Under the pieces are notes generated by a model. It was not told the DNA's origin and did not search any database. It saw only the letters and a program-made list of their open reading frames with translations. A program made the translations under genes and the position numbers. DNA of 64,000 bases from Haliotis cracherodii (Eukaryota), in assembly GCF_022045235.1 (NCBI RefSeq), contig NW_027266271.1, positions 30,690,001 to 30,754,000 on the forward strand. Direction: 5' to 3'. This document shows positions 1 to 13,485 of this stretch, piece after piece. Position 1 is the first letter of the stretch, and every line of letters begins with the position of its first letter.

Positions 1-57
1 GGGGGTGGGTGTGGGACTGAAGGGAAAATATGGTTCAGGGACCATTCTTTGTAGTCC

Positions 58-203
58 CTGGGGGTAATCCAGTGGTTAAAGTGTTCCATCGTTACGCCAA
101 ATACCCGGGTTCTATTCCCCACATGGCTACAATGTGTGAAGCACATTTCTGTTGTCCCCTGCCATGCTAAAAGCGGTGTTAACCCATACTCACTCACTCA
201 CTC
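58..203 (+). mobile_element. SINE family A (short tRNA-headed, (CACT)n tail)
   Basis: A-box-like AGTGGTTAAAG, B-box-like GGGTTCTATTCCC, body ACATGGCTACAATGTGTGAAGC..TTTCTG, tail GCTAAAAGCGGTGTTAA + (CACT)n; homologous to copies at 20039, 25648, 30479. Confidence 0.8.
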
Positions 204-899
204 TTGATAGTCTGTCGTGATGTGGCTGGACAATTGCAGAACGAGGATTAGAACCCACCACCTTACTCCCTCTCTCAATGTACGACCTGGGCAGACTCCT
301 TATCTTGTGTACAGATGCCAACTTGTGGAGAAAATAACATGGAAAGTAGTGAATGTTCTGATTTGCAAGTACATGCACACATCTAAATCAACAGCACACT
401 TGATTGCAGGTTACCCCTGCTCTTGTCAGTATATATCATTCTTTGATATCACAAAATCAATCAAGTTTACTTTATGTCTACATTGTGTAGATTTCAACCT
501 TTTGAGATTTTCAGTCCACAAACAACTGTATTGTTTCTTGTGTCCCAATGTCAGCTGGGTACTGCATATTAATTATGTGGTGTTTTTATTGCTCATTTTC
601 CACACTCCCTGTTTTGTCTGACCCCAAGCAGGTGCCCCCCAAGTCCAAGTCCTATTGTCTTGCGTGCCTGTATCTGTTGTAATTAGAGATAGTTGTTGTC
701 TTGTACAGACACAATACCAGTGAGGAGGGAGGGGGAGTGGGGGGGGATTCCGCTGAATCACCACCATTGTGGGAGGAAGACTCACATGGGCTAAATGAAT
801 TCAGAAGGTGTGTTAGTGGACAATTCTCTACACATTTATCTGTCTGTAGACGAGTCAGACAATGAAATATGAATATACATGGAGAGAAAGGGCACACTT

Positions 900-2283
900 C
901 CTTCCATCATCATCCGCAGTGGTGTTATGGTAAAGTTCATGGAGTGCAATCAGATGGAAGTTCTCCACTGAAGTCATTCCTGAGTAATGTTCCATGACTG
1001 AGATTAAGATGGCTAAAATTGGTGCTTCAAATTAAGGCTCAGATGGATGGCAATGTTTATAATTGTGTGGAGGATGTTAACAATAGAATTGTATTATTCA
1101 TATAACTGATGAGAAGATGTTGTTGAACAGACATTTTACTTGATGATAATTATGATACCGTATATCCTACACATATTTGAAATTCAAGACATTTTCTTAA
1201 CCACCATTTTTATGATGTTTTCGAAACATATGCTCCTGAAATATTTTGTTCGGTCTTCCAAACATATACTCCTCTTCTCTACTGAGTGATAAATATATGT
1301 CTTGGCTAGGCTATATTGACCGTATCCCATACACACAGTTCACTTGTGGTTTGTTCTGACAATCACAGACATCTTGATGAATGTGACAGAAATATGGGGA
1401 AAAGCTCCATAGAGCTAGGTCCTGGTTACTTGTGACTGGACTGTTCATTTCAAGATTTGAATGTAAAGCAGGAAATTCCCCCAGGAATGGAAAGTCGTGC
1501 TTAAAAATAGTCTGAATAACCTCCATTATGTGCGATCAATACTTAAGGGCTCAAATCCGACACTTCATTTTGAAAAGGCCAGCAGCTGGTGTGACCATAG
1601 TAAATAAATTTCCAATGCAATGTGTATAAATCACCAATAGTACCCAGAGATGCCCCTCTGATGGGGACGTATACTCAGTGGCGTGTTTCCTGTCCTTGTG
1701 GTTAAATTCAACTTCATTGTTGCTGACTGTTTGTGTTCTTGAAGGCCTCGAGGGTCTGCAAACCGATTTCATGCGATATAATCACCTCTAATGAACTCTG
1801 ACTGTTGTTTTGTTGTGCTGTAGAAAACAGCATGTCTGCAAAGTCCTTTATTTCTTGTCTGTATGAGTGGCTGTGGAATATAGAGATACATATTCAAATT
1901 GGGTCCAGTTCATGACCATCAGCAAATTGTATTTGAGGAACTGATGGTATCATTTATCTAAGATATTTCTTTGGCAGTGTATGTAATAGAATTGACTCCT
2001 GTCTGTTTGTGCGGTTGTATCTGCTGAAATCCTGTAATGCAGTTTGAATAGTTTTATGTGATATCTGATAGTGAAACATTAGCGGCACAAGATGTGTTGT
2101 TTCCAAGTAATTCTCATCTCATACTGTTTTCAAGAAAGGTACAAAGCTGTCATGCAAGTAGCTGTCCTCGTTTATACTTTTAGGAAGAACATTATTCCTT
2201 AAGTCTGCCTCCTAAAAACTGGAGAATCATCTGTGTTGTCAGGCAATGGAGGGAACCAATGTAGAGCGTTAGTTGACTGATAG
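900..2283 (-). pseudogene. Decayed LINE reverse-transcriptase remnant (CR1/L2-like), probably continuing at ~4115-4620 past the tandem arrays
   Basis: Minus-strand frameshifted fragments resemble RT motifs: LENN.. then 'QD...KQT..IL' (~2110-1990), 'DFAD' for FADD (~1845), 'HSMNF' (~945). No intact ORF; recognised by eye only. Confidence 0.45.
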
Positions 2284-2285
2284 TC

Positions 2286-2828
2286 AGTTGTTGGGAAAGT
2301 ATCTCATATTGTGTGTGTTGGTAAGAGGTATGTAGTTGTTGGGAAAGTATCTGATATTGTGTGTGTTGGTAAGAGGTATGTAGTTGTTGGGAAAGTATCT
2401 GATATTGTGTGTGTTGGTAAGAGGTATGTAGTTGTTGGGAAAGTATCTGATATTGTGTGTGTTGGTAAGAGGTATGTAGTTGTTAGGAAAGTATCTGATA
2501 TTGTGTGTGTTGGTAAGAGGTATGTAGTTGTTGGGAAAGTATCTGATATTGTGTGTGTTGGTAAGAGGTATGTAGTTGTTGGGAAAGTATCTGATATTGT
2601 GTGTGTTGGTAAGAGGTATGTAGTTGTTGGGAAAGTATCTGATATTGTGTGTGTTGGTAAGAGGTATGTAGTTGTTAGGAAAGTATCTGATATTGTGTGT
2701 GTTGGTAAGAGGTATGTAGTTGTTGGGAAAGTATCTCATATTGTGTGTGTTGGTAAAAGATATGTAGTTGTTGGGAAAGTATCTGATATTGTGTGTGTTA
2801 AGAGGTATGTTGTTGTTGGGAAAGTATT
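2286..2828. repeat. 48-bp minisatellite, ~11 copies
   Basis: Unit GGGAAAGTATCTGATATTGTGTGTGTTGGTAAGAGGTATGTAGTTGTT; period 48 (2293 to 2341); explains ORFs 2284-2832 and 2311-2841. Confidence 0.97.
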
Positions 2829-4110
2829 TCATGGACAGTAAGGTGACAGTATGTAGTTGTCAGGAAAGTACTTTATTGACAGTAAGGTAACAGTATGTAG
2901 TTGTCAGGAGTGTATTACATGGATTGATAGGTGACGGTATGTAGTTGTCAGGAAAGTATTCCATTGACAGTAAGGTGACAGTATGTCGTTGTTAGGAAAG
3001 TATTCCATTGACAGTAAGGTGACAGTATGTAGTTGTTAGGAAAGTATTCCATTGACAGTAAGGTGACAGTGTGTAGTTGTCAGGAAAGTATTTCACTGAC
3101 AGTAAGGTGACAGTATGTAGTTGTTAAGAAAGTATTTCATTGACAGTAAGGTGACATTATGTAGTTGTCAGGAAAGTACTTTATGGACAGTAAGGTAACA
3201 GTATGTAGTTGTCAGGAAAGTATTTCATGGCCAGTAAGGTGACAGTATATAATTGTCAGGAAAGGAAAGTATTTCATTGACAGTAAGGTGACATTATGTA
3301 GTTGTCAGGAAAGTACTTTATGGACAGTAAGGTAACAGTATGTAGTTGTCAGGAGTATATTACATGGATTGATAGGTGACGGTATGTAGTTGTCAGGAAA
3401 GTATTCCATTGACAGTAAGGTGACATTATGTAGTTGTCAGGAAAGTACTTTATGGACAGTAAGGTGACATTATGTAGTTGGCAGGAAAGTATTTCATAGA
3501 CTGTAAGGTGACTGTGTAGTTGGCAGGAAAGTATTTCATGGACAGTAAGGTGACAGTATGTAGTTGTCAGGAAAGTATTTCATGGACAGTAAGGTGACAG
3601 TATGTAGTTGTCAGGAAAGTATTTCATGGACAGTAAGGTGACAGTATGTAGTTGTCAGGAAAGTATTTCATGGACAGTAAGGTGACAGTATGTAGTTGTC
3701 AGGAAAGTATTTCATGGACAGTAAGGTGACAGTATGTAGTTGTCAGGAAAGTATTTCATGGACAGTAAGGTGACAGTATGTAGTTGTCAGGAAAGTATTT
3801 CATGGACAGTAAGGTGACAGTATGTAGTTGTCAGGAAAGTATTTCATGGACAGTAAGGTGACAGTATGTAGTTGTCAGGAAAGTATTTCATGGACAGTAA
3901 GGTGACAGTATGTAGTTGTCAGGAAAGTATTTCATGGACAGTAAGGTGACAGTATGTAGTTGTCAGGAAAGTATTTCATGGACAGTAAGGTGACAGTATG
4001 TAGTTGTCAGGAAAGTATTTCATGGACAGTAAGGTGACAGTATGTAGTTGTCAGGAAAGTATTTCATGGACAGTAAGGTGACAGTATGTAGTTGTCAGGA
4101 AAGTATTTCA
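2829..4110. repeat. 44-bp minisatellite, ~29 copies
   Basis: Unit GACAGTAAGGTGACAGTATGTAGTTGTCAGGAAAGTATTTCATG; period 44 (3541 to 3585); diverged 5' half, near-perfect from ~3530. Confidence 0.97.
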
Positions 4111-4999
4111 CTGACTCGTGTGGTTCAAGTTTATGGGGTTGACTGAACAGCAAGGTGCCTTTTGTTGCAGTGTCTCCAATCTATATTTCTATGTCAGGCT
4201 GCTGCAGTCGTCTGGTGTTCTTGGGAGACCTGTCTGACTCTATCTGTCTGAAGATAGCGTATCAGTTATATGCAATTTGTCGGGGATGATTAAATTTAGC
4301 AGTTGATGAGAAAAAGGAATATCATGATCTATTTTCAGCACTTGTGTAGGCTGTGGTATGTCGGGTCATATATGTAGGACTTCAGCATCAGTTGTTTTTG
4401 AACCTGCCAAACCATGGGACAATTACTTGGCTATTTTGCCCTGCCAAGATAAGAGCATGTTCAATACGTGTCAGCAGCTGTTGAGAACATTTAGATTTTA
4501 GATTTTTCTTATAGTTTGTTATAAGATTACGTCAGAATTATTTGATGCGATCAATATGTTGCAAAGAAGTGAGATTTTTCAGGGACTTTATTCATCTTGA
4601 TTTTGTTTTCTGCAGCTAATGATATTCATATAAGTCAACACGGCGGCAATGATGAGTAAATATTCTGCTGACAAAGCATTAGTCATTCCAACAATCTCAT
4701 TTCTCATGAATCAGCTGCATATTTTCTGTTTTTATCAACATGTCATTCATATTAAGGCGTTAGTTTTTTTTTTTAATTACTATGTCTACCAGTCCGCCTA
4801 CTCTAAATTTAGCAAATGTGAAATAAGATAAAACAATTGATAACAGTCATTATTTGTGGCCACCAGGGCTGTATTGATTAACATGCAGGGTAGGAAGGTA
4901 GACCAACAGGGACTGGATAGGAAAGGGAGGTAACCCTGGGACATATTGCGTCCAAATCCATGATTGTTACATTGTTACATTATATGATATTTTTATATC

Positions 5000-5620
5000 A
5001 TTAATTGTAATATGTTTCACTATTCTTTCGGGATTCCTTAAAGAAGAGCATGTTTTGGACCACCATCCTTTTAGTTTTGGAAAACATAATTACATAAACT
5101 GTGTCAGTAGTTGTAGGAAATGGCAGGTTTTTCATTTTGTCCAGCATGACAGGTCTGTTGGATAAAGTCCAAGGTTAATTGGACCACATTGTACACCTCA
5201 GACAAGTTTGCTGTGGGAGCTTGTTGGGGAAGTAGATTGTGATGGTTTATAAAAAAATATTATGAAGTGTTAATAGCGACAAGGCATAGCTTGGCAGGAA
5301 GGACGTCTGATTTCTGCTGTTTTGAAGTTTTTAGGATGAAGCTCCGACAAATGAATAAAGTACTGTCAGTCCAACCTGTAAATTTATTTGCCAAGATCTT
5401 AAGGACGGCTCTGAACACAATTTGGAGATGGAGCCAGGAAGCTCTGATTAGGGAGCTTATTCTTCTGTTGAATTTTAGATTCATAGATTCTGAGCCTCTC
5501 TTTGCAGAAATGATGAGCAATCCATTCCACACTGAAAATAACAATAAATAACTATTTCTTGTATGAATTTGTTTTAAAGATTAGTCTGATGAAAGAGACT
5601 TTGATGTGAGATTTGGTGAT
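5000..5620 (-). pseudogene. Possible I-group LINE ORF2 remnant (post-RT region)
   Basis: ORF 5260-5544(-) 'ISSLIRASWLHLQIVFRAVLKILANK' resembles the I/Nimb-type LYxSLIRSKLDYGxxVY motif; weak. Confidence 0.3.
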
Positions 5621-6255
5621 ATTTTTACTGACATTTTCACATTGAATAGTTTGATTTTTACAGCAGGGCTAATGGTGTAATGGCTGATAGGTTTCCAGTG
5701 CACCTTGTCAGCCAACAATAGGCTTACATGTCCAATTGACCAGTTAGATCAACTCTACTGACACACAATAGTAGTTTGTCCAGCTGCCTTAAATCGAAAC
5801 TACAACCTGTTTATAATCCTGTAATCTGTCCCCGTCATGGCGGCCCTTCAGTCATGTGACTGGTGGTCATTGTTTGACCTCTGACATAGGTCACCAAGGT
5901 AATCCCAGCTGTCAGAACAGCATAAGCCGCATCCATAACAGGTGGGGCAATGTAGACCGGTAGTTCAGTGGTCGGTGGTCAGCTTAGGATTAACTGCTTG
6001 GTTTGATCCCCACATTTGTCCATAGTGACCAAGGGACAAGTCCTTGTCAGGGGCAAAGATTTGGCTTGTAACAAATATTGCGAAAAAGTCCAAAATTGGA
6101 ATTAACATTTTAAAATTGATTTATGTTATTTGAATAATAACTAATATTTAACCTTAGGATGAGCATATATGATGTTCATATGGAAATTTGCTGATATCCA
6201 CCACATGACTCTTAGATATTTCAATGTATGTGACGCTGTTTAGAAATAGTTTAGG

Positions 6256-6287
6256 CGAGTGAGTGAGTGAGTGAGTGAGTGAGTGAC
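6256..6287. repeat. (GAGT)n microsatellite
   Basis: ~7 tetranucleotide units. Confidence 0.9.
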
Positions 6288-6847
6288 TGCTTGCTTCACA
6301 AAAGAGACAGGATGAGTCAAACAAATCTGTATCAACCCGCAGCACATTATTTTCCAGAACATGTCAAGAATGATTTGTTTTTTGGGTAAAACATTTTTTT
6401 CCACTACCTTTGGGAACACATGATATTTTCAAAGCAATCACAGACTTCCACTTCCAGAATATCCAATCATCATCCCTGACTCAACTAGTGAGAGAGGAAA
6501 GATCATTGTGGGTCTTCACTTGTAGTTAAAGTTTTTGTCCGTTGGAAGAAGGTGACACCAGAGTGGAGAGATAGAACACTGATTGCTACACCCCCGGGTG
6601 GCCCTTCTAGATACAACAAGTGGCATGGAGAAGGATTACTCGTCATAAACCGACAAATTGTCAGATAAGAAAAACTCTACACGGCCATATCTGCCACAGT
6701 CAGGTATACAATACTCCAGTTGGAAACATGGTAGTCAATCGATGATGATAATGAGATATCATATCACTCAAGTGTGTTAGTATAATCCAGCCATGGTAAG
6801 ACCAATGTGTGTACCAGGAAACAAACTTCTGAATAAACTGAATGTGA

Positions 6848-7052
6848 TATGCTTGTCGTAAGAGGCGACTAATGGGATCGGGTGGTCAGGCTCGCTGACT
6901 TTGTTGATCCACACAATTGGGATCAATGCCCTTGATATTAATCACTGGATTGTCTGGTCCAGACTTGATTATTTACAGACCGCTGTCATATCGCTGAAAT
7001 ATTACTGAGTATGGCGTTAAACAACCAACCAACCAACAACCAACCAACCAAC
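6848..7052 (+). mobile_element. SINE-like family B (non-tRNA head), 5'-truncated
   Basis: GCTTGTCGTAAGAGGCGACTAATGGGATCGGGTGGTCAGG...TCACTGGATTGTCTGGTCCAGAC...GGCGTTAAAC + (CAAC)n tail. Confidence 0.85.
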
Positions 7053-7922
7053 CTGATTTCTGTGTTTGATGTAGAGACTCAGTGCGTCAGTGTCCTCAGT
7101 GGTGACATATCCAAGGCTTGGCAGAGTGTTGTGAAGAAGTATTGAACCATTTAGAGATAAGTCCTGACAAGGGACTCAACCTTAAATTGATTATAAGTCT
7201 CACTTGTTTCCATGGAAATGAGAAAACTAAAAAAAATCAAAATTACTCCATCAGCAAATGGCACCTCCTCAACATGATGTGGAAGCGTGTACATAAAGTT
7301 TTGTGAAGAAACGTTGAATGTTTTTTGGGGTTCTGATTTGGCAGCAGATCTCACCATTAGTTGAGTCTAATTCGATGCCAGGAAAAAGCCAGGAAAAACA
7401 TAATCCAAAAGCATGAACAGCGAAGCGCAGCAATTATCCACAGTATTGATATGTGTGCAAAGTTTTGCAAAGAAATATTGAACAAGCCTTCAGTTATTCT
7501 CTAGAAAAAACCCAGATAATTACCAAATAATTGCTGAAAAGAGTTGCAGGATGAGTATTTATATCTTAAAGTTTCAAAAACCTTTAAATTATTATTATTG
7601 GCCTGAATGAGATGAGTTGAGCTTTCCTATTCTCCCTGATGAAAGATGATTGACTGGAGCTGGTGTAGATGGTGCTGTAAGTACTCCCAGCTTGATGCTG
7701 TAAGTAACAATAGACTGTCTGAAGGGCTCTCCAGGACACTGAGCCGGATGCTATCAAGTTATATCAACCACCAGTCAGGTAGAGCTCTATTGATGGTATA
7801 TTGATCTGATATATATCCTGTGTAAAGCCTGTCAAGTCACAATACACCTGTGTCTGTGGGTAGGGGAGACAACCACACATCTATCTGTGGACAGGGGAGA
7901 CAACCACACATGTTATACCAGG

Positions 7923-8109
7923 TACATTGAAACCCTGTTAATCTGGACAGTGATGTTCCCTTTGAAATTGACCAAATGAACAAATATTTGGATTTACACA
8001 TCTTGGGCACAGTCATGTCTTTGTAGCAATGGAAGCATTCCCAGCAGCCATCACAAGGAAGGCAACTTGTCTGGATTAATGGGGGTGGGACTTACAGAGT
8101 TTACTTTAT
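7923..8109. mobile_element. Degenerate pogo/Tigger-like MITE
   Basis: Left TACATTGAAACCCTGTTAATC vs reverse complement of right end TAAAGTAAAACTCTGTAAGTC; TA-flanked CAGTRAAAC-like termini; internal CTGGAC/TCTGGATTAA motifs. Confidence 0.35.
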
Positions 8110-9459
8110 ATTGGAGCAGATACTTCAGTATTAGTATCCTTGAGAGTTTGAAATTAGCACAGTCTCATTAGCCATGCAAGGTAAGAGTCGGAAACACGAT
8201 CTAGAGTGGATGAATCGCTACTTCATTGTTTTATTTAATTAAAAATGGCAAAGTGATTTCCTGTTCTTGGTTGTGATGCTTTAATTACCAGCTTGAGCCT
8301 TTGTTGTTTGAATCACATGTCATTGCTTTAATAATTGGAAAAAAGCTGAGAAATCCATAAGAATGAACCACACATTGGCCTTCTACATTATTAGTGGTAT
8401 CAGTATCATGAGGGGTACATGGGGTTTTATGCATCCTGCATTACGTTTTATAGCAGGAGCCGGAGGCGAGTGATATAAACCATAACAAGGTAGCTAGGAC
8501 CTGGTGTGGGGATGGGGAAGGACAAATTGAGTCAAGGTTTATTTGATAGACTATCATCTAGTTTCTGAAATGAACATATATTACCGAAAGAACAGTTGCT
8601 AAATTATCTTAAGAAAATATAATAAAAAGGAGCCCAGAGACTTCTTCACTTTCAGAAACTACAGTAATCTAGACTTTCCCATTATTATATGAGCTGTGTG
8701 GGATATATTTGTTTCAGGGTCTGTAATTGATGAACCCATGGATGTTAGAGGTCACACCAAGGTCATAGCTGTGTCTAGGGAAATGCCCTGCTGTTAGCCA
8801 CATGACACTGGATTGCCACAAACATTATGAAGCATTGTAATTATGGCGAAAAGGATTTGTCATGTTAATGTTTTAACTTCGTCACACTATCTCAGTTTTC
8901 TACTTAATGTTATAAACAAGTGTATATTGTTACATTCTCTGCAATAGAAAGTTTACATATTTGATACCACAGTGTTCTGAAGGTGTGTGTGAAAAGCTGC
9001 ACTGGTGTGTAATTACAAAGTTAAAATCATTATTGTATATTATATTTTCTTTGTGACCATGTCATGGGCAGACCAAGCCTCCCTTCTTGAGGCCACCCAC
9101 CTCTGAATGAATCGAGCGCCTCTGTTGGGGACAGGGCTTGGGATGGCACACGCCTGTTAGCAACGACTTAGTCACCAGGCATTCCAACAAACAGGCCTTG
9201 CCGATGGACGCATTGTCTTCATTACAGTGTAATAACAAGGCTGAGTGTCCACTGGATCAGTGCCTGCGGTGGTGTTGTCAGGATGGTGGCACCATTGTTG
9301 GCTGGCACTGATGGTGTCTCGTGGGAAGTGTTTGTTAACTTACTTTTCACATGTCTGTCAGCTTGAATTGATTTCCACACAACAAATATCTTGTTGAGAT
9401 TATACCCCGACCTAAAAGTGAGTGGGTTTATAGTTAGACCAAGGAATTCATTCTGTCCT

Positions 9460-9885
9460 TCCGAATACATTTGTTTGTTGTGACCTGTGACTTGAAAACT
9501 ACAGCATATATTTTTTTCAAACTTGGAGGACACTTTCTAAAAACAACTGCATGGATTCTTTTCATTCTTAGAGAATAGTTTCTTTACTAATAAAAGAAGT
9601 GCAGTGCAAAGTTTGATTTTATATGTGTATTTTCTGAAAAATATGATTTTTTTCATGTTTTGAACTTCGATTTTTTTATATTTAATTCAACATTTGTGTG
9701 ACCTATGACTTAAAAACTACCTCATGGATTCTTTGCCAACTTGGGGTACAGTTTCTCTACCAATAGGAGACGTGCAGTGCAAAGTTTGATTTCTGTGAAG
9801 TTTTTTTTTTTTCATGGTTTGAACTAAAAAATATGTTGGAGTCAAGGTCAGGGGTATGAGTGAGCCATGCTCACTTTTGCCTTAT
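9460..9885. repeat. Interspersed repeat with an internal direct duplication (possibly Helentron/HINE-like)
   Basis: Two diverged copies of TGTGACCT.TGACTT.AAAACTAC...GTGCAGTGCAAAGTTTGATTT (~9479 and ~9697), ending in hairpin GAGTGAGCCATGCTCAC. Confidence 0.45.
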
Positions 9886-10029
9886 GAAATAAATTCTTAA
9901 ACAATTTTGAAACAAATAAAATAACATTTATTTTTCAAACAACGTACAAGATTTGGTGTTACTTTCTGCACTCTATATGTCATGTTAAAATGATTGTACT
10001 TCCTATATTCAGAGTCATGTCTTTGATGA

Positions 10030-10330
10030 CGTTTTATGAGATGATGCAAAAAATCAGCGATAATTCTGGAGGTCACTTGCAGGCCTTTTAAGATTCTGAG
10101 ATGTTCTCACAAATATTCGAATTCTGTCAGGAAAAACATCAATAAATGGCTCCTTATGAACATGAAGACTCTGATTGGCACAAGTCATTTTATTTGGTGG
10201 CCCGATGCATCTGACAATCAATACAACAACACATATTTGTGTACTTTGATCATCTCTGAGTTGACAAGATCTTTCAACAACCATTAACAGAACTACATCG
10301 TGAATACGATTGGCAGTTGCAGTAAAGCTA
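10030..10330 (-). pseudogene. Possible LINE RT N-terminal remnant
   Basis: ORF 10054-10284(-) ends 'LKRPASDLQNYR', resembling the KKG..D..NYRPI motif, with an upstream 'GP' motif; weak. Confidence 0.3.
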
Positions 10331-12085
10331 GTAATTATGTTACCTTCTTTGTCTCGTTTACTTATGGTTTCGTCAGTTTACTGAAGGATGATAAAAAATG
10401 TGAAATTGAGGATCTCATTAATCTCTTTTTGCACAAATCATCATGGTGCTGGAACTTATCACATTTGTTAGATAGCACTGGGGACCCTTCCCGGGGTGAT
10501 CCACAGCCTCAATATCTCCTGTGGCCTCAGATTCATTAATGTTGGGAAAAAGGCATCCAATGTTTTTTACTTTGTGTTACAGGAAACTTCAATAGCTGTA
10601 ACTTTAATATGCTATTGTTGGAACCTGAAGATCCAAGTTATATTTTTTCACTTGTGAGTTTTGCAGTTTCCTCGTCCATTGTACAAGGGAACGGTGCACG
10701 TCCCAGAAGGCCAGCCACACACTAGGAGGCCAGCATGTGGTCGACTAAACCGACATGCTCTACACTGTATAACTGATGGTCATCTGACAAAGAAATGCAT
10801 TTGGAAGCAATATTGCTTTCTTCTCTTTTTTTTTTTTTTTTTTTAAGAGAAGTACCTGTTACATAAAATGGGCTTCTAAACCAGGGTAGCAGAAAGCCCA
10901 TGACATATATCACAACTTATCTGTACATCTTAGATTTTATGGAAAATAACATACTTCTCACTCACACATTTACTCTAGTAATACAAACATATCAAGTATA
11001 CATAAACTATTAAAGATTATATATCATATGGCAGTGCAGGAAAGTACATGGTATCTAACATTAATGTCTTGAGTTTAAAACTGAAACTAAAAGGACTCCT
11101 CAATTTCGAAAAGTTTATGATGCAACAACCAAGCTTCATAGAGTTTCAGCTGATTACCTGTTTTGAAAGCAATATCTTTTTCAATGTTTTGTGATATAAA
11201 AAGCTTCCTTTTTATAAACATTAAAATAAAGGTTTTGTATTTTTGAATTTGAAGTTGTAAATATAGAATTTTGCAATAAGTAAAAATAAATCGAACGCTT
11301 CATCTGTTTTTATGTTCTCTTTAACTCAAAAACGTGTAAATTCTGCACAAAATGTCATCTTATAAACACGATCACACTATCAACACCGACACTTCATCCA
11401 AAAATTGTTTTATTACATCACCGTCCCAAACAAGTGAGTAATTGTTTCTCTTCATTGTGACAGAAGGAGCACTGATAATTTTGAACATAATTAAGTATTA
11501 AAGAAAAGAATTACATGGGGAGACATGGGAGCAGACGGCAGACGTGGAGAAGATCAAATTTGACCAAGACAAACCCAGAGTAGGACAACTCTCAGTGCGG
11601 GAGTTGTCAAGTTTTTAGTCAAGGTCATCTTGTTACTTCCTTGTTGATCTACATCTTCTCTATCTGTGGACTACGTGTCAAGTTGAAGATTTGGTTGTTG
11701 TCAGTATGTGCAAGGATAGACATGGCCATTAGTCTGTTAGTTCGAGACTAGAAAAAATCTTGAGGGGCTTGGTTTCTCCCAAAATGATGTTACGTACATA
11801 AAGCACCAGTCCAAACTGAGCTGAGGACTAGTTTCCAACTGTTTTCGCAATGTTCACACACAAAACTACCTGGGTCTAAGAATTAGTCTGAGTTGACATG
11901 CCACCTTTTGTTGTCATTTTGAAGAGTTTGCTTGTTTTTCTAGGTTGCTTGTTTTATGTAGTACCCATATTTTGATAGTGGAGCATTAGAACTGATTTGG
12001 TTGCTTTAGGCTGTTGAGGCTGACATAAAACTGGATTTAATTCATGTATGGTGTTTTGGAGAGAGCAGCTGATGCTGTTATTATT

Positions 12086-12935
12086 CCCTTCTAGCTGGTG
12101 TAGGTAAGGGCCATGTGATAACAACGCGTCCCGAGACTCCACATGAAGTAACAAACACCCTTCTAGCTGGTGTAGGTAAGGGCCATGTGATAACAACGCG
12201 TCCCGAGACTCCACATGAAGTAACACCCTTCTAGCTGGTGTAGGTAAGGGCCATGTGATAACAACGCGTCACAAGACTCCACATGAAGTAACAAACACCC
12301 TTCTAGCTGGTGTAGGTAAGGGCCATGTGATAACAACGCGTCACGAGACTCCACATGAAGTAACAAACACCCTTCTAGCTGGTGTAGGTAAGGGCCATGT
12401 GATAACAACGCGTTCCGAGACTCCACATGAAGTAACAAACACCCTTCTAGCTGGTGTAGGTAAGGGCCATGTGATAACAACGCATCCCGAGACTCCACAT
12501 GAAGTAACAAACACCCTTCTAGCTGGTGTAGGTAAGGGCCATGTGATAACAACGCGTCCCGAGACTCCACATGAAGTAACACCCTTCTAGCTGGTGTAGG
12601 TAAGGGCCATGTGATAACAACGCGTCCCGAGACTCCACATGAAGTAACAAACACCCTTCTAGCTGGTGTAGGTAAGGGCTATGTGATAACAACGTGTCCC
12701 GAGACTCCACATGAAGTAACACCCTTCTAGCTGGTGTAGGTAAGGGCCATGTGATAACAACGCGTCACGAGACTCCACATGAAGTAACAAACACCCTTCT
12801 AGCTGGTGTAGGTAAGGGCCATGTGATAACAACGCGTCCCGAGACTCTAAATGAAGTAACAAACACCCTTCTAGCTGGTGTAGGTAAGGGCCATGTGATA
12901 ACAACGCGTCCCGAGACTCCACATGAAGTTACACC
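12086..12935. repeat. 72/68-bp minisatellite, ~12 copies
   Basis: Unit CCCTTCTAGCTGGTGTAGGTAAGGGCCATGTGATAACAACGCGTCCCGAGACTCCACATGAAGTAAC(AAAC)A; periods 72 (12091 to 12163) and 68 (12163 to 12231). Confidence 0.97.
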
Positions 12936-13179
12936 TGCCGTGGGTAAACTGCCACAACCACTGGCTTCAGCGTTCCATACCTTGTTGAGCAAGGATTGTT
13001 TTTTCTTGTATTTAGGACTAAGGTCAACATGGAAGTGGCCTTGTTGTGAGCAGACCTCAGTGTAAATGCTGTGTAATACAAAAAAAGGAAAACTTCTACA
13101 GGTGTGGGACTGAAGCAAGTTGTGTCATTAGCTCGAGATATGCTTGATTTGCTTTGCTCTTGGCATGACAGTAAACTTT

Positions 13180-13485
13180 ATGACAATAAACTGTCTCGCA
13201 TGACAGTAGACCACCTGACAATAGACTGGCCCGCATGACAGTAGACCACCTGACAATAGACTGTCCCGCATGACAGTAGACCACCTGACAATAGACTGTC
13301 CCGCATGACAGTAGACCACCTGACAATAGACTCACCCGCATGACAGTAGACCACCTGACAATAGACTGTCCCGCATGACAGTAGACCACCTGACAATAGA
13401 CTGTCCCGCATGACAGTAGACCACCTGACAAGAGACTGTCCTGCATGACAGTAGACCACCTGACAATAGACTGTCCCGCAAGACT
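13180..13485. repeat. 35-bp minisatellite, ~8 copies
   Basis: Unit GCATGACAGTAGACCACCTGACAATAGACTGTCCC, itself a dimer of TGACARTAGAC. Confidence 0.95.

Noticed and set aside
9110-9175. Twister-ribozyme-like TCCCAAGCCC on the minus strand
   Set aside because: Lacks a convincing GCC pseudoknot partner, GGAGGG segment and P1/P2 pairing.
10843-11324. Possible Kolobok-like element bounded by TTAA
   Set aside because: Only a ~6-bp inverted match in AT-rich DNA.
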